The notes under the pieces: generated by a model
Database searches by the model: none
Seen by the model: only the letters and a program-made list of their open reading frames with translations
What the model was told of the DNA's origin: nothing
Translations under genes and position numbers: made by a program
NCBI GenBank assembly: GCA_902772435.1
Contig: CACYAX010000001.1
Span: 4,987-68,986, forward strand
Source: an uncultured Coriobacteriaceae bacterium
GTDB taxonomy: Bacteria; Actinomycetota; Coriobacteriia; Coriobacteriales; Atopobiaceae
Reading direction: 5' to 3'
DNA length: 64,000 bases
Shown: positions 22,601-37,499 of the stretch, in pieces
Layout: each line of letters starts with the position of its first letter
How positions within the stretch are numbered: the stretch's first letter is position 1

Positions 22601-22973
22601 GGGCGAGATCGAGTTTGACGCAAACGGCAAGGCGACCGTGCAGCTGGCCGATAACGAGCGCTACGTTATTGCCGTGCCCGAAGGCGCGTCGTACAAGATC
22701 ACCGAGACCATGGACGCGCAGTACACCGCGAGCTACACCGTCGCGGGAGGCAAGAAGGTCTCCAGCCCGGTGGTCTCTGGCCGCACCATCAGCAGCGAAC
22801 CCGCTGAGAACGTGGTCATCTTCACCAACACGTTCGCTACCTACGAACTGCCCTCTTCGGGCGGTCCCGGATCGTATCCGTTCATCATCTGTGGCGTGGC
22901 CATTCTCGCCACGGCCCTTCTTCTGCTTGAGAAGAACAGGCGTGAGGAAGGGGGAAACAAGGCGAGGTCCTAG
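13641..22973 (+). CDS. Giant (about 3110 aa) sortase-anchored surface adhesin / probable pilus tip protein. The start is uncertain: 13608 TTG, 13641 ATG or 13704 ATG.
   Basis: Signal peptide (RRKTLTILVSVAMLLSMLPTNALA). Acidic N-terminal region. Three Cna-B/prealbumin-like repeats (about 17790-18830). Glycine-rich domain (about 20017-20920). Four C-terminal pilin-like Ig repeats (about 21200-22830). LPSSG plus TM plus a basic tail at the C-terminus. Confidence 0.8.
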   Translation: MMASKTEHKRSNRLRASGSEGMRPMNGRRKTLTILVSVAMLLSMLPTNALAEMVGIDGGSAEVVETPTSVIDESGVEAPGADEAPAAGDTDVESEVAQEIAASDGESLVAEAATEDEAAAEGTVADEPRDDATSNDYAEAEPVAGSEAYLSGTLSVEGLDYAVSVDPTEDAKLPANAQLVVSEVSGAAYDEYVAQAESALGKGALSIGRIFDIGFEVEGESVEPASEVSVHIRLANAEEEAAKVLHITDEGVEVIVPDSAPEGSESVDFTVEQLSPFLMQKRNAKGGEQGIITDFNTEVIYGGSWTDGKYVWNAASSASGHHFNFRISFGVDKPAGSEAADIVYPAESIKITVPAQILHDRNGAFADTIDMSVPLKEDLEQAIADGEELDDDMSFAYYVELDDEGNPTGNLVLYNFREVEPGFDGYIELGYVTSEKTFEYEDMCESDPFWATIEVVDPTSETGEKEVHTTKLLEEGEEEDPDVDYIDDQDYTVWINTQASMLSTEKRIPTKYDSWQSNWGTAPDDAADYNYLIYEVRSRINDCSQKYTFTLDDEYTKLISGNNSGDVQADSSTVKIMGYIFSGSSTAQQQNFVTDQTIRDIRYDYVIVGFQNSYWNSYTHWDVVNKITATVTPDDGIDEPTSGTSTRRFNWNKPIFDGGGGGFNSRITADGYYRNRADQDLWPREYLTSLGMVAGYYTRFDLADLQSGRVEYLDNIDYAHWGEGYPISWTRDSSIGGELWEQYFQNPVKYEVYLDNFSIFNGDQNVGTAEKTQLQPGDYQIDTLAFSVSCYDRAYNESTAAFDKKTATTYLEDEVLTFYGKFGESDEWTAFATRDAATGTVTVLDSSLATFSGNKFTFAEGAACTGYKVETTNKHYYWRVNLVPNLRLIGSDNVKDFINGTDEDGNPIECIGIYAKGRENIYSHLSAFDAKVAALMKADSSLTQADAEAQAEELGLSKEGFTNLVWNANPADTDYLRVVQREVKLNKDVTATANNATKRQYTLTWQVDFEETSTVGDGTEHEPVEQSSGVFYDLLPQGATLNEDTVMVVTEDGALRSNAFTIEQHDNYKGTGRTLLVVRVKESADFYQLFFETVHSYASIKDYGSEVYNPIAYQTGNLDISDGVTDSDPNKETVQSTDLVPDPLDDAGLMTDIVKEITGEDDDSGRTFVYNERLYDIVTITAAASGLSKKIKAPSTSDYVNEALVQNEGSYSYRLRYQNSYAGEAKSLVFYDNLESYEGKRASDWQGTLQAIDFSALDLSLVAPEVYVSENAVDTSNADNRDLTNEDVWTHVDDYTNYDYSSVRAVAIDLSKNPEGEDYIINKGAAVSVYLYMKAPAGATRSDGKADYPEAYNEVADSHTIIKETSADQDVYNQQGPTIAKLAISKDINLLKVGEDGVGIRNISFRLVGTSDYGTEYDKIEYSDKNGYVTFRKIEKGSYTFSEYECTPDWLEDHTVHTVWISSQGHVFIDMPESLKTELAADATVDETISYYAERAAYDKTSVEFEIVNKPRVHADLTFLKSRALTEDDNSVKGIPETTFKLSGTSDYGNEITKIVVSNELGIVSIYDIEKGTYTLKEIQANPDYVLVETEYRVKIDDTGNATLYAPRVDEEGNPVVDVEGNTAYDEVVVDDTLSQYRLLFNPERYHDLMLRKVDADNPSRWLQGATVRLTGAKLADYNYTDDEGNTVTATEDNGSYYIETVSDANGKISFPHLEAGSYVLKETEAPSGVDGDGHTGTGGTLNYIADSNEYVVVVADDGTVTIDGLEKNSFDEYMLKNARALDGEIIVYKQWEDDDNADGSRPDAATIKMTADPESLVIKGLTVTKIWQGDTSELRPDDLNIQIYKAPGQIDGYTMVEYIEANGGAWLDTGFNPDSNTTVDATIMMTGNNNHQTLFGARNAVSGTPAFSLCEGHDKNTNLLYYYGAAGQWYEMGKKSLTRDVSYDVHLGPDAVTVSNDFFSSTTPSAEFSVDVSLYIFAYHHDSDVVYGDTQGRIYSFRIYDGSTLVRDYIPVYDATNGVYGLYDLVNGNFISSIGTAQFTGPEVSTEAELYEESTGNDNVTIIKVGNVWTYTFTDITIDGKQNFFACEAAAPEGYTGSNVGASNLAAVQSGKATITNAYESATDYEYTGAVQTFTAPVTGDYKLEAWGAQGGNSAGNKSVQKPVYYGLGGRGAYTSGTIRLTAGQTIYVYVGGRNNGPYRYDANGRVASGDDAPAAFNGGGGGNHDHSGRESGSPESGGSGGGATDFRLTVSTADDGWSGFDSLKTRIMVAAGGGGSADQQTGGYGGALTGGNALGNAYGATQNTGFGFGVGQTSTYKWSNKDGGGAGGGYYGGFAQTNASHGRGNYSNAGAGGSSFVSGYEGCDAIAESSTAASIVHTGSSEHYSGIVFSDPVMLAGNQAITEPDGSSSTGHEGDGHARVTLVVDTNSSTDGSSSSDDASSDTMLPVAEYMTETDGWEYVEGNPNMQKYVFKVFNDEGTYYLEELTDAEHLPEGYTCDMDYQVLDGTKQKSVIFTNRKAGAYGDLEITKTVEGLDDSNQKFEITVTLSDGDGTKIDEAGSTIIDGIAFTNGAATFSLADGEKATIHNIPLNVAYTVSEAANPNFNNGAALADQTGTIQPNTTTTDDEGNTVTEPGNKVALTNVYTYKAETVPLTISKVVTGSKLGSEDVEYPFFVSFTNLAKNFEYVLLSTDGATEYARFTSDDSGNATVSFKLKDGESAVLADSYAIPVDATYQVTENEGDYVASFSIKDAGAESQGSILQSAKENTASQTSLTTENEVAESDEDVTITYTNKLSYTHDLTLAKVVDAQGTTVPAGQTFEFTVRFEGLESEQAIDTTIGRWVADDEGVVEKTFNLKDAGTVTFKKLPVGTKYTITEAKAGGYIASYEITAEDEDALVAVKAEDANEAAGKALATAQETVNKNEVATVTFTNTRAMGELTLEKQVEGKTTSKKFEFELYIPDLVRQKTSYEAYLNTDGTPVSQGTGEIEFDANGKATVQLADNERYVIAVPEGASYKITETMDAQYTASYTVAGGKKVSSPVVSGRTISSEPAENVVIFTNTFATYELPSSGGPGSYPFIICGVAILATALLLLEKNRREEGGNKARS

Positions 22974-23113
22974 CGGGAAGGCGGCAGTGCCGCCGGCTCG
23001 GCCTGCACCGAAGCAGGCGCGGAGCCCAAAGCCCGGGCCTCCCGGGAGAATCGTGAGTAGGCAAACAGGAATAGAACGTTGCGAACAAGGCAAGCAATGT
23101 GAAAGGAGCAGGC

Positions 23114-24787
23114 ATGAAGATGAAGGCGCGTATAGGAGCGATGCTGGCGGCGGCCGTCATGTCGTTCTCGCTTGCAGTGCCCGCGCTGGCGGCTGTGCCG
23201 AGTGCTGACACTGAGGCGACCATCACGGTCCAGAACGTCAAGAACGAGGGCGTCACGGTAAAGGCCTACCAGGTCGTTGAGGGCACCTACAACAGCTATG
23301 GCCTGACGGGCTACAAGGCCATCGCGGGCGTCTCGATTGCCGACATCGAGAACCCGACGGCGGCCGAGATCACCAAGATTGCCGCTGACATTGCGGCGGG
23401 CACTATCACCCCTTCACCCATTGATCTCTCGAGCACTGACGGCTCAACCTACACGGCCGATGTCCCCGCGGGCTCCTACGTCGTGTTGATCACTGGTGGC
23501 ACGGATACCATCTATAACCCGATCCTCATGGGCGTGTATTACACCGACGCCCAGGATGACACCAAGATCGCGGCTGGTACCGTGGACGCCGAGGGCAACT
23601 TCGTCTACAAGGCCGAGAATGGTGACGGCGATCTTGAGGACGTGACGGCCTACGTCAAGAGCGACCTCATCCCCGGCGACAAGACCGTCACGGACGAAGA
23701 CGCCGAAACCGATCACGGCAGCGACTACGCCATCGGCGACACCGTACCCTTCAAGATCGAGACCGCGTTCCCGTCGTATGCCGACAACTATGAGGACGCC
23801 GTCTTCAACGTCACCGATACATTCAGCGCTGGCCTGACCAATAACGAGGACGTGAAGATTACCATCACCGATGCTGATGATAACGAGGTCAATGCCACCG
23901 AAGACGACTACACCATTAACTACGGGACCGACCCCACCATCAAGATCGAGTTCGACTCTGACTTCGTCCTCGCTAACGGCGGCGCCAACGTCGTCATCAC
24001 CTACAGCGCTGAAGTCAACGATGACGCGGTCGTGAACCTCGACCCCAACACCAACAGCTTCGTCATCGAGTTCACGAACGGCCCCGACGACACGAGCGAT
24101 GGCATCGAGGGCAAGACCTACCAGTACACCTTCGCCATTGACGGCAAGATCATGGGCACCAACGAGGAGGTCGAGAAGGAGCTCGTGAAGGTTTCCCTCG
24201 ACGAGAACGGTGACCCTGTGTACGAGGAGACCGAGGGCGAGACCACGACCAACTACTATCCGCTGGCTGGCGCAACCTTCAAGCTCACCAACGACGATAC
24301 CGATGCGATCTACTACGCCACGACCGACAACAAGGGCCTCTTCGGCCCCGCCACGGTTGACGGAACCGACTACGCTGGTTTTGTGGGCCTCGACGCGGGC
24401 GAGTACACCCTCATCGAGACTGTTGCGCCTACGGGCTATACGGTTGACGGCCAGGAGCACGCCGTGAAGATCGAGGCCGAGTACTATGAGGCCGACGAGC
24501 TCGACGACGATGGTGCCATCGTCGCCCACAAGGGTCAGCTGAAGAGCTACACCATCACCATCGACAGCAAGGAGCAGACCTACACCGCCGCGTATGAGGG
24601 CGGCTCCGTTACCAGCTACACTGAGGAAGACGAAGAGGGGTTTGCCGTCATCAAGAACACCAAGCTTTCCGAGCTTCCCAGCACGGGCGGAATCGGTTCC
24701 TACGTGTTCACCATTGCCGGCGTGGTCGTCATGGCCGGCGCGGCGGGCATCTTCTTCATGAACCGTCGTAAGGACGAGCAGAAGTAA
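23114..24787 (+). CDS. LPXTG-anchored major (backbone) pilin, SpaA/FimA-like
   Basis: Signal peptide, E-box-like GEYTLIETVAPTGYT, candidate pilin-motif Lys (TAYVKSD), and a C-terminal LPSTG plus TM plus RRKDEQK. Confidence 0.75.
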   Translation: MKMKARIGAMLAAAVMSFSLAVPALAAVPSADTEATITVQNVKNEGVTVKAYQVVEGTYNSYGLTGYKAIAGVSIADIENPTAAEITKIAADIAAGTITPSPIDLSSTDGSTYTADVPAGSYVVLITGGTDTIYNPILMGVYYTDAQDDTKIAAGTVDAEGNFVYKAENGDGDLEDVTAYVKSDLIPGDKTVTDEDAETDHGSDYAIGDTVPFKIETAFPSYADNYEDAVFNVTDTFSAGLTNNEDVKITITDADDNEVNATEDDYTINYGTDPTIKIEFDSDFVLANGGANVVITYSAEVNDDAVVNLDPNTNSFVIEFTNGPDDTSDGIEGKTYQYTFAIDGKIMGTNEEVEKELVKVSLDENGDPVYEETEGETTTNYYPLAGATFKLTNDDTDAIYYATTDNKGLFGPATVDGTDYAGFVGLDAGEYTLIETVAPTGYTVDGQEHAVKIEAEYYEADELDDDGAIVAHKGQLKSYTITIDSKEQTYTAAYEGGSVTSYTEEDEEGFAVIKNTKLSELPSTGGIGSYVFTIAGVVVMAGAAGIFFMNRRKDEQK

Positions 24788-24874
24788 GTGCTGCTCGCGT
24801 GCGTGAGCACGCTGTGTGTGAGTTTGCGGGGCCGGCGCACGTTGCCGGCCCCCGCGAGAAGCAATGGGGAACGC

Positions 24875-25867
24875 ATGAATGGTCGCCGGAAGGCAAACAT
24901 CATCCTCGTCCTCGTGTTCTTTGTGGGACTGAGCGTTGCGCTGTATCCGACGATCAGCACGGCTTGGAACGAGTATCGCGCCCGCCAGCTGGTGACCAGC
25001 TACGACCAGACGGTCAGCAGGGCCACGGCGGAGGACGAAGACTACTTTGCCCAAGAGATCGGCAAGGCACAGCGCTACAACGCGACGCTTGCCAACATGC
25101 CGGTTCCCGATGCCTTCTCGGTGCGAGAGGGCGTGAAGGACGTCTCGTATGAGGCGCTGCTGAACGTCAACGGTGATGGGATGATCGGCTACGTCGAGAT
25201 ACCGTGTCTCGACGAGAAGCTGCCCATCTATCACTACACCACCGAGTCCGTGCTGCTCAAGGGCGCCGGACACCTGCTGGGGAGCGCGCTCCCTGTAGGC
25301 GGTGAGGGAACGCATTGCGTGGTCTCGGCCCACCGCGGGCTGCCCCACGCAAAGATGTTCAAAGAGCTGGACCTCATGGAGGTGGGCGACGAGTTCTACT
25401 TCCATGTGCTGGGCAAGGTCTTCGCCTACGAGGTCGACCAGATCCTCGTGGTGGAACCGAGCGAGGTCGAGTCGCTCGGCGTGACGGAGGGCAAGGACTA
25501 CGCGACCCTCATCACGTGCACGCCCTACGCAGTGAACACGCGCCGCTTGCTGGTGCGGGGCCATCGGGTGGAGTTCGACGAAGCGGCCTACGAAAAGGCC
25601 GTGGGAGAGACGGCTGCCAAGAGCAACGTACCCTACCTGCTCATGCAGCTACTCTGCGTAGCCTTGGGTCTCGTGATCGCGTTCGTAATCGTGAGGCTTC
25701 TGGACAGGCGCAGGCAGGCGAAGAGCGCGCCTGCGGTGGCTGGGCGTCACAGCAGGATGACAGGGCCTGATGGTGGGCCGCGGCCTCATGAGAAAGAGGG
25801 GCACGAGGAAACAGGGGAAGTGCGCGGACGCCACGTCCGCCGCGGCCCGGATGGGGGAGCGCAGTGA
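24875..25867 (+). CDS. Class C (pilus-assembly) sortase
   Basis: N-terminal TM, catalytic region with CVVSAHRG and TLITCTPYAVNTRRLLVRGHRV (TLxTC), and a C-terminal TM anchor. Confidence 0.85.
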   Translation: MNGRRKANIILVLVFFVGLSVALYPTISTAWNEYRARQLVTSYDQTVSRATAEDEDYFAQEIGKAQRYNATLANMPVPDAFSVREGVKDVSYEALLNVNGDGMIGYVEIPCLDEKLPIYHYTTESVLLKGAGHLLGSALPVGGEGTHCVVSAHRGLPHAKMFKELDLMEVGDEFYFHVLGKVFAYEVDQILVVEPSEVESLGVTEGKDYATLITCTPYAVNTRRLLVRGHRVEFDEAAYEKAVGETAAKSNVPYLLMQLLCVALGLVIAFVIVRLLDRRRQAKSAPAVAGRHSRMTGPDGGPRPHEKEGHEETGEVRGRHVRRGPDGGAQ

Positions 25868-26844
25868 CGGCGCCCGCCACATCGAAGCGCAGGCGCAGGG
25901 CCATCAACCTGATGCTCCTGCTGGTGTTCTTGCTCGGGGCGGGAATCTTGTTCTACCCCACGCTGAGCAACGCGTGGAACCGGTATCGCAGCCGGCAACT
26001 GATAACCGAATACGAGACAGTCGTGAGCGCGCTGCCGGATGACGAGAGTGCAGAGATTCTGGCGGCCGCCCGGGCCTATAACGAACAGCACGCCACCAAC
26101 GTGATCGTGGACGCGTTCAACGAGGAGACCGAGGACTACGTCCTCACGCATCCGTACGACACGCTGCTCAACCCCATGGGCAACATGATCATGGGCTACC
26201 TGCAGATACCCAAGATCGACGTGAGGCTGGCCATCTACCACGGTGTGGGTGCCAAGGCCTTGCGCGAGGGAGTGGGGCACGTGGAGGGAACGAGCCTCCC
26301 GGTTGGCGGCGAGCGCACGCACGCGGTGCTCTCCGCGCACCGCGGGCTTCCGAGTGCCAAGCTGTTCACCGACCTTGACCAGCTGAAGGTAGGGGACACG
26401 TTCTACCTGCACATACTGGACGAGGTTTTGGCCTACGAGGTCGATCAGATCCTCACGGTGCAGCCCGACGAAACGGAGGCGCTGGCACTTGAGGACGGCA
26501 AGGATCTCGTGACGCTCGTCACCTGTACGCCCTACGGGGTCAACTCGCACCGCCTGCTGGTGCGCGGGCACCGCGTGGCGTACAAGCCTGAGCACGAGGA
26601 GGCTGCGGCCGCTGAGGGCTCGGGAGAGACGGGGATCGAAGAGAAGCTGCTCATCATAGGGCTTTGCTCGGTCGCGGCGATCGTTCTCGTTATGTGGTTG
26701 GTGTTCGGCAGGCGTAAGCGCGAGGAATCGCGTGAAGAGCCTGGCAGGCATGCACGGGGCGGTGTGCACGCGCGCCGCGAAGGGCATGCGGAGCGGGAGG
26801 CGCGCGATGAGCGCGCGACGTACGGAAAGCACGCACGGCGCTGA
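25864..26844 (+). CDS. Second class C sortase; its start overlaps the upstream stop (GTGA)
   Basis: AVLSAHRG, VTLVTCTPYGVNSHRLLVRGHRV, C-terminal TM. Confidence 0.85.
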   Translation: MTAPATSKRRRRAINLMLLLVFLLGAGILFYPTLSNAWNRYRSRQLITEYETVVSALPDDESAEILAAARAYNEQHATNVIVDAFNEETEDYVLTHPYDTLLNPMGNMIMGYLQIPKIDVRLAIYHGVGAKALREGVGHVEGTSLPVGGERTHAVLSAHRGLPSAKLFTDLDQLKVGDTFYLHILDEVLAYEVDQILTVQPDETEALALEDGKDLVTLVTCTPYGVNSHRLLVRGHRVAYKPEHEEAAAAEGSGETGIEEKLLIIGLCSVAAIVLVMWLVFGRRKREESREEPGRHARGGVHARREGHAEREARDERATYGKHARR

Positions 26845-26974
26845 GCGTGAGCGTCGTAGGAAGAGATCACAGGGCGCGCATCACGTGTCAGTGGGTTTTG
26901 GGCACGGGGTGCGCTGGTTCGGTGACAAGGGTTTCAAGGTGCAGGGTTTCGGCATCGAGTGAAGAGGGTCAGTT

Positions 26975-28099
26975 ATGAAGAGAGAGAATCTGAAGGCGTT
27001 CAAGGGGCTGCTTGCGTTCGTGCTTGCCCTGCTGCTCGCGCTGCCGGCCGGCCTGGCCTTTGCGGACGAGCTAAATGACCTGGAGAAGAATCGCGTCGAG
27101 GACGTGGACGCGGGCAAGGCCTGTAGCCTGACCCTCGTCTTGAGCTACGAGAATGACGAGGGCGAGACCGTGGTGGTTCCCGATGCCTCGGTCAAGCTCT
27201 ACAAGGTGGCCGACCTCACGACTGCGGGCGGCAGCGCGACCTATGCCCTGACGTCTGCGTATGCGGGCACGGGCGTTGTGTTCGAGGGCATGACCGCCTC
27301 CGAGTCGGTGGACGCCGCTGATCTGCTCGCCGCAAGCGCTGGGGAGCCGCTGGCCTCTGCGGTCACAGACGATACGGGAACCGCGGCCTTTGACGGGCTC
27401 ACGCCGGGCATGTACCTGCTTGTGCAGGACAGCGAGTTCTCTGCGGGCGACGGAAGTTACCTCGAGTTCCTGCCGACCCTCGTTGCCGTGCCGCAGGCCA
27501 CGTGGAACGAAGAGGCGGCCATCAACCAGTGGAACTACGACGTGACCGCCGCGCCCAAGGTCGGACCCAAGACCACGCGCGTGAGCGTAGACCCGCCCGT
27601 GACGAAGACCGTGACGGGCGACAAGCCCTCCGCGGAAGGCACCTTCACGTTCACGCTGACGGCTGACCCCGCTTCGAGCACCCTGCCCGACGGCATGACC
27701 GAGATGCCGATGCCCGAGGATTCCGAGAACCAGACCAAGAGCATTACCGTCACGGGCGGCGGCCAGTACGAGTTTGGCCCCATCAGCTATAAACTGCCTG
27801 GTACCTACGTCTACACCGTGACCGAAGAGGCCGTGGGGGAGAAGGACTGGAACTATGACGGTAGCACCTATGTCGTGACCCATACCGTGACGGGCGACGG
27901 CGCCAACCTGGATGTGGAGACGGTCATCACCAGGGATGGCGCCGCGGTCTCCCAGATCGAGTTCGTGAACGAGTATCGTGTCGACAAGCCCATGCCGTTC
28001 ACGAGCGACATCATCCTGCCGTTCGCGCTGGTGGGTGGCATCGGTGCCACGGTGCTGGTGATCGGCCTGCTCGCGCGTCGCAAGAAGGGTGACGATTAA
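26975..28099 (+). CDS. Pilin subunit with a streptococcal-type pilin isopeptide-linkage domain and a non-canonical sorting signal (MPFTS plus TM plus RRKKGDD)
   Basis: Signal peptide. FTFTLTADP...LPDGMTEMPMPED...YEFGPISYKLPGTYVYTVTEE...WNYDGSTYVVTHTV pattern. C-terminal hydrophobic segment and basic tail. Confidence 0.7.
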   Translation: MKRENLKAFKGLLAFVLALLLALPAGLAFADELNDLEKNRVEDVDAGKACSLTLVLSYENDEGETVVVPDASVKLYKVADLTTAGGSATYALTSAYAGTGVVFEGMTASESVDAADLLAASAGEPLASAVTDDTGTAAFDGLTPGMYLLVQDSEFSAGDGSYLEFLPTLVAVPQATWNEEAAINQWNYDVTAAPKVGPKTTRVSVDPPVTKTVTGDKPSAEGTFTFTLTADPASSTLPDGMTEMPMPEDSENQTKSITVTGGGQYEFGPISYKLPGTYVYTVTEEAVGEKDWNYDGSTYVVTHTVTGDGANLDVETVITRDGAAVSQIEFVNEYRVDKPMPFTSDIILPFALVGGIGATVLVIGLLARRKKGDD

Positions 28100-28126
28100 C
28101 GGCTGTGTTCAAAACGCAGTAGCCGA

Positions 28127-28155
28127 GGGGCCCCGCGCGCGGGGCCCTTCTTTTG
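28127..28155 (+). terminator. Terminator after the pilus locus (ggggcccc gcgcgc ggggccc plus ttcttttg)
   Basis: GC hairpin and a T-tract. Confidence 0.6.
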
Positions 28156-28434
28156 CCTCTCGCACAACGTGGGGCAGATCGCTGAGACTGCATTTCGGAA
28201 GAGCGGGAGCGCAACGTCGCGGGATGGCGCTTTCGACCGCTGTACCGCGCGGCTCACGTCAAACCCAGGGCAAATTTCGTTCACAGGCATTTGCAATCAG
28301 GAGCAAATGCGCTATCATGGAATTTCTACCGATATCGTCACAAATACTACACATTCGGTATACATAGTTTTCGCAGGTAGACGCGCTGACGCCGTCCCAT
28401 ACAAGAAAACTCACAAGATGTCAAGACTTTTTCA

Positions 28435-28463
28435 TTGACCAAATTTCCTCCCTCGATTAAGTT
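28435..28463 (+). promoter_or_regulatory. Candidate rpoB promoter TTGACC, 17 nt, TAAGTT in an AT-richer stretch
   Basis: Hexamers read directly from the sequence. The ORF-track start at 28435 coincides with this site and was rejected. Confidence 0.4.
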
Positions 28464-28515
28464 ATTAGATTGCGACAACTGCCGCCTTTTAGCTTTCCGA
28501 AGGAGGAAGTGCCTG

Positions 28516-32025
<3,510 letters not shown>

Positions 32026-32031
32026 CGGGAC

Positions 32032-36594
<4,563 letters not shown>

Positions 36595-36617
36595 GCTTTT
36601 CCGCACGCAAACGTTTC

Positions 36618-36655
36618 GGGCGCCCCGGGCTTCGGCTCGGGGCGCCCTCTTTGTC
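36618..36655 (+). terminator. Rho-independent terminator after rpoC (gggcgccccg..cggggcgccc plus tctttg)
   Basis: 10-bp GC stem and a T-tract. Confidence 0.7.
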
Positions 36656-36786
36656 AGCGGCTGGCCACAGCCTGAAAGGATTGTTACTGTTATAACAACC
36701 TTTGTCTCGCTCAGATTTCTTGTCATCGCGTTGCGCGATATTCCGTGCTACAGTGTCCATAACGAACGTACGACGAAAGGTGTGCC

Positions 36787-37383
36787 ATGGATCCCGCAGA
36801 GCTGGGGAACCGTCAGGATGTCGCCAACCGCATCAGGTCCCTGCGTGAGGACAACGACTTCACCATCGACGAGATGGCGATTGCCACCGGCCGCTCGGCC
36901 GAGGAGTATGCCGCGCGCGAGAGCGGCGACATGGACCTTACCTTCACGTTCGTCTACAAGTGCGCCAAGAAGCTGGGCGTCGACGTGGTCGAGCTGCTGA
37001 CGGGCGAGAGCCCGCGCCTCAAGCACTACGAGATCGTCCGCGCGGGCGAGGGCCTGCCGCTCGAGCGCCACACCGATTTCCACTACCTCCACAAGGCACC
37101 GCACTTCAAGGACCGCCTCGGCGAGCCCTTCCTCGTGGACGTGCCCTATCAGGAGGCAAGCCAGACCGAGCCGATCCATCTCTCCTACCATGAGGGGCAG
37201 GAATTCGACTTCGTCATCAAGGGCCATCTGCGCTTCCGCTTCGAGAACCACTTCGAGGAGGCTGGTCCTGGCGACACCCTCTTCTATGACTCTGGCCGTG
37301 GTCACGGCATGATCGCCATCGGTGGCGAGGACGCTCAGATACTGGCCGTTGTCTTCAATCCAAGGGAAGAAGAGATTATCTAG
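36787..37383 (+). CDS. XRE-family HTH transcriptional regulator with a C-terminal cupin domain
   Basis: 198 aa. HTH (IRSLREDNDFTIDEMAIATGRSAEEYAARESG) followed by a cupin-like beta region. Confidence 0.75.
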   Translation: MDPAELGNRQDVANRIRSLREDNDFTIDEMAIATGRSAEEYAARESGDMDLTFTFVYKCAKKLGVDVVELLTGESPRLKHYEIVRAGEGLPLERHTDFHYLHKAPHFKDRLGEPFLVDVPYQEASQTEPIHLSYHEGQEFDFVIKGHLRFRFENHFEEAGPGDTLFYDSGRGHGMIAIGGEDAQILAVVFNPREEEII

Positions 37384-37499
37384 GCATCGCCTGCCTTCAT
37401 GCGGGCGGTGCCGTAAACCATCTCTGACTGCATGCGCGGCGTAGACGCGCAGGTCAATCCTGCATGCCGCCGCTTTTCCCTAGAATTGAGGACACTTCT

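Noticed and set aside
13214-28515. Classification of the pilus locus, or the other two inserts, as a mobile element
   Set aside because: No integrase, transposase, recombinase, tRNA-derived att repeats or terminal inverted repeats could be found by eye. They are therefore reported as insertions relative to canonical synteny, not as mobile_element features.
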